NCBI GenBank assembly: GCA_030141605.1
Contig: JAQGDQ010000201.1
Coordinates: 1 to 64,000 of the forward strand
Direction: 5' to 3'
Origin: Tubiluchus corallicola
Taxonomy: Eukaryota; Animalia; Priapulida
DNA: 64,000 nt
Both the position numbers and the translations under genes were made by a program. The notes below the pieces were generated by a model, which did no database searches, had not been told where the DNA came from, and worked only from the letters and a program-made list of their open reading frames with translations. Positions 56,026 through 64,000 of this stretch are shown here, piece after piece; the stretch's first letter is position 1; each line of letters begins with the position of its first letter.

Positions 56026-58212
56026 GTCGGCTTTTTATAGAAATTATAGTGAAATTTGGCTTGACCGTTCGGCCTACTGGCGTAGTGGCGCTTATTCAGC
56101 CGAATCCAAATTATGCACCTTTAACTTAACATTAAAAATCGCGTTTTAAGACTGATTACATTCACTTTTTCTATTTATAAAAAAATAACACCTAGTTTTT
56201 CTCCTTTACAAGCCTGTCTAACCCTTGTAGGCCCATTATGAATAATCATTTTATTATTATTGCGGCAGACCAAAATAATTTTTATTGTTTTTACTTTTTG
56301 GTCAAACAGAGTTTTTAACTGAAGTCATTAAATTTATTTGCTGGTCCAGACCATTAACGAGAACAAAGACAGCTACACTGTAAAGTCCTCAACCACTCCT
56401 GAGCACTATAGTTCAAGTCGCTATAAGGTATCATGGACAAACAAACAAATGAACAAACAGCTAGATTGGCAAACAGCAGTGAACAGACAAACATGCACCT
56501 CAGCACAATCCATTTTACCTGTCAGCCACAGAAGGATAGGTTGAGTAGGCACTAGTTACCGATCGTCCTCTTCCCAGAAGGGAAAGACTCGTGTTTGTTA
56601 ATTAGTTCGTGTTAGTAATATACGCGGTAGTTCAGTAGGTCCAATCATAATTTGCAAACACAAATGCTGGTCGCTGAAAAGTAAGCCCAGAGAGGAGGAC
56701 TGTATTACCGATGTTTGCTAAAACCGTAGCGATTATCCGTTAAGGTCCGCCCATTAAGATCTCCCATATTGATTGAGACGTGTTTTGCGTAAAGTTAAGT
56801 TTTATAATTAAATCCCTCGAACAAATTTTAATATACTTGGAACTATCCTTTGCTAAGTTGGGTAAGAGTTCATAGATTTCTCGCACTTTTATTGCAAGAA
56901 TATAATTATTAAGCGTAGGTTTACATAAGACAATATTAGAGTTTATTATGTCGTTAGGATCCATCAATAATGTTGTGCCTTTAAAACCAGTAAAGCACCA
57001 GTAATTATCTTTCAGAACTTAGACTTACAGCCCCTCATGCATTGCACTGCCATCTAGACTAACATTAAAAACCTACATTGTAAACTGCCGCCATCTAATA
57101 TCTACTAGGCAGCTAAATTTATTAAGAACAGTTTTTTGTTAATACAATTTTTATTTCAATTCAATTCATTTATTAACTCCTCAAGAATTAACAAAATACA
57201 GTATTAGGAATACATGCAATTACGTAACAAAGGAGAAGGCAGCGAAGAGCACGTAGGTTATCTAGTCAGCCACCCTTAAATAGCAATGATTAGGTAAAAT
57301 TAATTTTGGCACCGTTTTCAATTTAAATTTGAATTCTGTTGATGTGTGTAATTGGCAATTAACTGATGGGAAATGCAATATTGTGAACATTATAATTGAA
57401 ATAACCAAAAATTTACAATTCTAGAATACTGTGAATACGCGATGCAAACAAAATGTCTGTAGTCTTGTATTGTAGTCTTATTTTAGTCTTGTATTCTTAA
57501 CTAGATTGCTGTTTTATGTTGCTACTGCTTCTGCTTTTTGAAAATCTTCATGTGTTGTCAATAGTAACTTCATATTGCATTAGCTTAAAGGAAAACAGAA
57601 TAATTTTACTCTTCATACCCCATTCTGAAGTACCGCAACAAGTTTACATTTTAACATTTATAATATTAATATTGTCAAACTATTTCTGGTAATTAAGTAA
57701 CATGTTAAAAACTTGTTATAATGTTCGATGAAATCACAACTGAATATAATGTTCAACAACACAAACATTCCATGAGCTTGTTGCACATGCTTGTGAAATT
57801 GAAGTTCAGTGCTACTGTACAACATTCAGTGTGATTAAGTTTAACATTCAAATTTACCACTTTGATCGCGAATGAGTTCTTGAATGTGTGTATTACATCA
57901 CAATTGAACACCTCTGAACTAAGAGGTACAGCACTTGTTTGTGCAGCAAAATGCACATAACCATGAAAAACTAGCTGCGCAAACGCAAAAGTACGTTTCT
58001 GCGTTAATAATTCTTTCATGTTTGTATTCTTGATCAAAATAGTACGTATTTCAATATTTTATAGGGTAGATTGTTTTAAGTTATAGTTTAAGGTTGAATC
58101 TGGTTTTCCTAAATACTAGAAACACTTTAATGCACTACATTAAATCTATTTTCATCTTTTTATGTCTTAAATATTTATACGTTCACCAAACACGGTTACA
58201 ACTATTTTTCAG

Positions 58213-58321
58213 TTGATGGGCAATTTCAAATAGAGCCACAAGATGCAATTGTGTTTCCTGATGCCAATGCGACACTTCATTGTACAATTGATATGAATAC
58301 GTACAATTTGGATGAAATTGA
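58213..58321 (+). CDS. Ig-superfamily protein (nephrin/kirre/echinoid-like), Ig1 N-half
   Basis: AG/GT bounded; DGQFQIEPQDAIVFPDANATLHCTID. Confidence 0.88.
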
Positions 58322-59179
58322 GTAAGTAAAACCTAGAATATGATTCAACATAGCAGCAAAGACACATACAGTAAATGCTTTACTGGCTAAAAGAATCCTA
58401 ATACTGACAAAAATAACAGCAACTGTGAACACATACTAAAAGCACGGGGGGGGGGGGGGGGGAATGCCATTAGTACACTATCATAAACTATAAAACTATT
58501 AATGATAATAATCATGGGTAACTTGCCAATTTGACAAAGGCGGTTCAAAAAAGGCAAGCTGTTGAAAATGATGTTGGAACGATGTGCATGTTGTAGCTCT
58601 GCCCATACTAGTGCCTCACTGCACCTATACACTACTTCCACAGGGACAGACTGGCCAACAGAATTACTGGGCATTAGGATGACCTGTTAGTGCCCACTCG
58701 GCCACTTTTGTTGTGATGATTTTGTATGCTTGACAGAAGCTGTCATTTTACAGCCTTTGGTATCAGAACTCTACAGTGTCAAAATTTATGCATATCATCT
58801 AAGATAGAAATGTGTAGGCCTACAGCCAGGGGATTGAACAAGCTGTATGCTAAAGTATGATACAAGGAACAAAACTGACATTTAATGATGTATTTATCTA
58901 AAAAAATGCTACTGGCTTTGTTTGCTTTTGGTTATTTTCAGCCTTGAAAAATAACAAAAGAACTTTGTAAGGCAAATATCTAGTATCTGTCATCACAAAT
59001 GTACTATGGAGCTGCAAATTTTTACAACTTTTTTGCTGGTCTATGTTACACTGCATAAGTCAAATGAATAATTTCTTACAAAGTTATTCAACTGGTTTCT
59101 TATAAATCACTAAAAAAATTTTGAGTTTTGATAATTAACGTGAAAAGAATTAACAAATACCTGTTTAATTTGTTTACAG

Positions 59180-59385
59180 TGGGTATTGGACTGTAGGCGG
59201 CATAATATTTCGACCTGGCTGGTCAAACCGATACTCCATTTTAGACCCAACTGAATCAGGAAAATTTGACATGCACGTGCTTGGAGCAAACTATTCTGAA
59301 GATGATAAAGATTACATCTGTGCATTCCATGTACTTGGGACAGAAAATAAACATTTTTCATCACCTGCTCACTTATATGTGCTAA
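59180..59385 (+). CDS. Ig-superfamily protein, Ig1 C-half (V-like)
   Basis: In phase; GYWTV...NRYSIL...GKFDMHV...DDKDYICAF...SPAHLYVL. Confidence 0.88.
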
Positions 59386-59805
59386 GTAAATTGATTAATT
59401 AACCTTAAAGATTTTTGTTTGTGCAGTGATACTAATTTAATAAATTGCATATCGTGTTATAGAGTTTTATAATCTCAGTTTAGTTTAGCAGCTGTATGAA
59501 ATAAATTTTTCATTGTTTCTATTCAGAATGCAATATCATCAAAGTCCATTTTTCTGCGAAACGAATTAAGTTAAATATTTAGATTTTTGTTCATCAACTT
59601 ACTAATACATAATTAACGACAATGACAATGGCAAATACATGTATCTCTAAAACTTAAATTTTTTAAATTGTGAGATGAGTTGTGGCTTCATTTTGACTAC
59701 TGATAGATCTTAACTCTACTGCTGGTTTGATTTTCAAAGTTTATGAATGGAAGTAAATTTGAATATGATGTTACAGTTAGTGCTTTATTAATGCATTTGT
59801 TCTAG

Positions 59806-59920
59806 ATGCACCGCAATCTGTAACAATTTCAAAAGCACCAGAAAGTGAATTGAAGGAAGGTGATACTGTAACATTAACTTGTGAAAGTCTGGGAGGAAGC
59901 CCACCACCAAATATAACTTG
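59806..59920 (+). CDS. Ig-superfamily protein, Ig2 N-half
   Basis: APQSVTIS...LKEGDTVTLTCESLGGSPPPNITW. Confidence 0.92.
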
Positions 59921-60558
59921 GTATGTATAAATGATAAAAATACCTAAAAACATTTTTTCTGTCAATGTTCTTTGCGCTGTGCATTATTTTACTGCAAGCC
60001 TACAATCTACAAAAGAAGTATAAATTGACATCCAAAATGAATTTGCTATGGTGCTAATATGGGCTTGCAATAGAACTGTGCAAAATAACTTTCCGATATT
60101 AAGCAGTAAAAAGTAAATGAGTGTATGTGTTTAAATAAATAATAATACTTTAGTCAAAATAATAGTTAAATTAACAGAACTATGTTGCAGTCAAGATATT
60201 AGCTCCTATGTTGTCAGTCTGGCATGTTAACACGTGACAAAATCACACATGGCAGCATAAATGTGTTAAAAAGTGATGCTAATATTCCTAATGCATTTTT
60301 CATTCTAGTGCAGTTTCTATCACAAGAGTGGAAACCACTGTTCAACTCTTTCAATTATGTTCAAATGATTTTGAACAAAGTAAAAAATAACGATAACTTG
60401 GTTCACGATGACATTTATGTTTATTTTGTCAAACAGTAAAGTTGTAAAAGTCAGTAATGTGTCTCTGCCCGAAGTGCTAGCTATTACTTGTCCATGTACA
60501 ATTTTATTTCACATTATTACACTTCTAAACATACCTAATTATGGAAGAATTTTTTCAG

Positions 60559-60743
60559 GTATGATCCTCAGGGTAACGCTGTTCCAGGAACATACAATCC
60601 TGGCTCAAATGATGTTCCGTCAACTAATGAAATCAGCTTTCAAGTGTCGTGGACCGATCATGAAACTTATTACACTTGTGAAGTTTGGAACCAAGCTAAC
60701 ATTAATAATGTGCTTTCGGCTTCTGAACCACTGGAAGTCTTTC
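60559..60743 (+). CDS. Ig-superfamily protein, Ig2 C-half
   Basis: YDPQG...NEISFQVSWTDHETYYTCEVWNQA...LEVF. Confidence 0.9.
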
Positions 60744-61948
60744 GTAAGTATATGCCTATTATTTTTGCACAGATCCAGAACATTGTCGATTTGACTCCGA
60801 CACATGATATACTACTTCGCTAACATGAAACATGGAACAAATGATGGAAAAAATTTTCATCTCTCTTCTCTTAGTAGATCGTCTAAATTCTGTTCATCAG
60901 AATTAGTCTATTGCCTAATGGTTTGTTTACAGCAATTGTAACATTCAAAGTTTTAGATATCCGAAATTCTTTGTCTGGGGAGGTAACTCCTTTTTTTATA
61001 GACCAACAGTGGAATGCACAGACTATTCCATGGTATTATAAAATTGTTTCAGAAAACTTTTTTCGTGGATTCTGCATGAAAAACTCCAATTCAACAAAAC
61101 TGAAGAAACTACTGTTCTCTGTAACTTTGTGAGAGTTCAGCTTGGCTTCAATATTTGTCCTATTATGTGAATTGTTTTATGACCAACACACAAAATTTGA
61201 TTTAGTCTGTAAATGCTCAGCCTCATAAAAATTACTTTTTGTCCACATTAGAAATCAAATGGAGTGTTTGTGATTTTATTCGTGTTTAAAAAACTTATTA
61301 GGTGCGAATTGAACTGGCAAAATTAATCAATTATTATTTAATAGTCTTGTTTTTTGTTCATGTTATAATAATGGTTATTATTAGAGTATGGATTGTTATG
61401 GTGTACTGGTATTTCTTTTATAACATTTATTTTTTGATGATTTTTTTGCCAACTTGTGGTTTCTTCAAGTTTTTCTGTAGGTGCTTTCTTTTTTGGGGAT
61501 TTCTCACTGTACAAGTAGTATACATGTGTCTGTGTGATTTTTATTGTTGTTTGTGCTTGTTTATGCTACATGCTTCGTTGCTACTATTACCTCTCCTGGT
61601 GGGTTTTTGTTCTGCCTTTATTTTTAATTAGTAATTGTCTTGTAATTTCAGCATCTAAAGTATATCGATTCTGTTTTTGTTTGTAGGATTATATCTAGTA
61701 AGAATGGTTGCTAAGACAACCAAAACATCCAGAATAAATTTTTTGGCTATGTTTATTACTTTGTTTGTGTGATTATTTCTTATTACTTTTGTTTATTTGC
61801 CAATTTTTGACTTACTATCTAATTTTTGCAACAGTTTCTTTTCTTTGAAGAGACAGAAATAACTAGTACATGAAATTGTTTTACTCAGTATGTTAGTCAA
61901 AGTCCTATTTTGGATTGTACAGATTTACTTATTTACATTTTATTTCAG

Positions 61949-62103
61949 ATTATCCACGTGTTTCACTGAGTCCAACAAATTCAAATAAAGCAATTAATGT
62001 TGAACATGGTGCATTGGAAATAATAACAGCAACTGTGAATGCCTATCCTGAAGTAACAAACTTAGTCTGGAATCTAGATGGTCTATATGTCTTTGGCGGC
62101 TTT
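61949..62103 (+). CDS. Ig-superfamily protein, Ig3 N-half
   Basis: YPRVSLSP...VEHGALEIITATVNAYPEVTNLVW. Confidence 0.88.
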
Positions 62104-62692
62104 GTAAGTTGATAATTCCTTGAGCAGTGTGGAATGGCATTTCAGAGGAATTGAAGATTTTACTGAAAAGTTTCAGCTGTGCCTATTGTCTATGTAGAAC
62201 AATTCCGATAATTGTCAGAAATTTTTTTGTAAAAATGAAGCTTCTGATATGTCATAGGTGTCAAAATGTGAATAAATATTTAAAAATGTGCTTATGAATT
62301 GGCATAGTGGAGCTGCCAACCAATAATCAGTTCTTGATCTAGGCTAAGCAAATTAAAGTAATGAATTCTAGGTTTACTGACTTTTTCTTACAACTCAGAT
62401 GAAGTATTTTAGAAGGCACAGTTCAATAGTTAGAATAAAAAACAAGAATTAGCATCTCAATTTTATTCCTGTATTTGTAGCAGTGACCTTGATATATTTT
62501 GGTACATATGTAATTTAGAACAGGTGACAATATCATCTAGGTATATGGCACTTTTCCAAAGTAAATGTTTTTCAAAACTATTTCAGTTACTAACTTTTTT
62601 GTGTTTATGTCTAGAAAAAATCCTCTGTTTTCCTTTTTGCCTTAATTATTAATAAGTCAGTGATTGAGGCTCATTGCTTCAAACTTTTTTAG

Positions 62693-62798
62693 GAATATTC
62701 CCTGAATCCAGTGAAGGAAGAACATGCAGGTACATATGTTGTGGAAGCCACAAACAGCGAAGGCACTGGATCTGATGAACTAGATGTCGCTGTTTTGT
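62693..62798 (+). CDS. Ig-superfamily protein, Ig3 C-half
   Basis: EYSLNPVKEEHAGTYVVEATNSEGTG...LDVAVL. Confidence 0.9.
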
Positions 62799-62919
62799 GT
62801 AAGTATAAAAATTATTGTAGAAATGTACTGTCTAAAAATGAGAATCCTCTGCAGTTGGCTGTTAGTCATTATTATTTTGTTATTATTATAATTTTTTATT
62901 TAAAATTTAAACATTAGTC

Positions 62920-63082
62920 AGTGATTGATGGGATTGGTAGACTGACATCATTATTAACAGGGCTCATATCTTGTAAGCTGCAGACCCCAGGTTCAATTCC
63001 TAGGCTGAGATTGATTCTACGCTAATGCTAGAACCATATTTTGAAGCTGGATGATTCTTGTCGTTAATAATATTATTATTAT
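62920..63082 (+). mobile_element. Degenerate tRNA-derived SINE-like piece in intron
   Basis: B-box GGTTCAATTCC at about 62990 and an (ATT)n-like tail. Confidence 0.4.
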
Positions 63083-63277
63083 TTGAAAGTTTGTATAATT
63101 ATGGGAATATATGAGAAAAACATGGATTATCCAGCCCAGAAGTTGAACTATTGGTTTTGCTTTTCAATTTACATTGGCTAAATATTGACTGGAAGGAATG
63201 GTTCTTTTTCCAGGTTTGTAAGTTTTTGATTAACAATCTTACTGCTTTTTGGTATTTCAAATTGTCTCTTTGTACAG

Positions 63278-63446
63278 ATGGACCAACGATAACAACTGCC
63301 CAGTACTTTACCGTTGTAGAGGGAGCAGATTTACAGATTACTTGCGAATACAGCTCGAATCCTGATCCAGCAGAAGTTTTGTGGAAAAATACTGAAGGAT
63401 CCATTGTCAGCCAAACTGCTGTTCTTCAGATTAACAATATTCAAAG
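63278..63446 (+). CDS. Ig-superfamily protein, Ig4 N-part (gene continues beyond window)
   Basis: GPTITT...VVEGADLQITCEYSSNPDPAEVLW...VLQINNIQR; donor AG|GTAATA. Confidence 0.92.
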
Positions 63447-63771
63447 GTAATAGATAGCGTGCCTAATAATGTACATTCGTGCAAAACACTAAACAGGACC
63501 GTTTCCCATAAGCTTTAATTCAGTCAGTTTGAAAATTAAATCTCAAAAGATTTAGCAATATATAAAATGGATTCGCCACGAATAAGTAAATTAAACTAAT
63601 TGGAAATCAGGGCTTTCCAATAGCTTATTATTTATTATCATTAATAACAAATGTAGTCCTAAATCATGTGTTTCACACACACTTATTTTTTGTAAAATTG
63701 TATTTAATCATATTTACAATATTATTATTGAGGTAAAATCCATAATTTTTTGAAGTTTTGGAAACAAAAGA

Positions 63772-63957
63772 AACTGACCTTAGATTTGAACCAAGAACCT
63801 TTGGGTTATAAACTCAATGTCTTAAATCATTAGGTCATTCCATCCCTTGTGATTAGTGGTCTTTCCGAATCAATGTCTGCCCTGAGACTGAGAGGTGTAG
63901 TGATTTAAGGCATTGACTTTTTACTCAAAAGCTCCTTGGTTCAAATTTAGCACAGTT
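63772..63957. repeat. Inverted pair of degenerate tRNA-like heads
   Basis: 63772-63829 is the approximate reverse complement of 63901-63957; each arm has a GGTTCAAAT B-box-like motif. Confidence 0.65.
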
Positions 63958-64000
63958 CCAGTCTTTTTTTGTTTCGCCAGATTTAGCTTCAAAGGCTTAA

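Overview
AT-rich animal (probably marine invertebrate) nuclear DNA; most ORFs in the track are microsatellite or antisense artefacts. Two real protein genes are visible. The first is an importin-alpha of the KPNA2/pendulin type whose 525-aa CDS lies in one exon (16061-17638), apparently preceded by a 5'-UTR exon with a cell-cycle-type promoter near 11.4-11.7 kb. The second is a multi-exon immunoglobulin-superfamily adhesion/receptor gene (exons 58213-63446, running off the window) with two candidate phase-1 signal-peptide leader exons about 35 kb apart (20520 and 55923). The first 7.3 kb is a near-perfect inverted duplication carrying a LINE 3' end, with the differences I found clustered in one 73-bp patch plus the tail length. 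The rest is decayed LINEs, DNA-transposon relics, MITEs, SINE-like pieces, microsatellites and two GC-rich, highly structured RTE-like islands (12.8-13.3 kb and 26.1-26.3 kb). Nothing here proves a new biological system. The best leads are the palindrome, the alternative leader exons and the structured RNA islands. All comparisons were made by eye and repeat-family names rest on recalled motifs.
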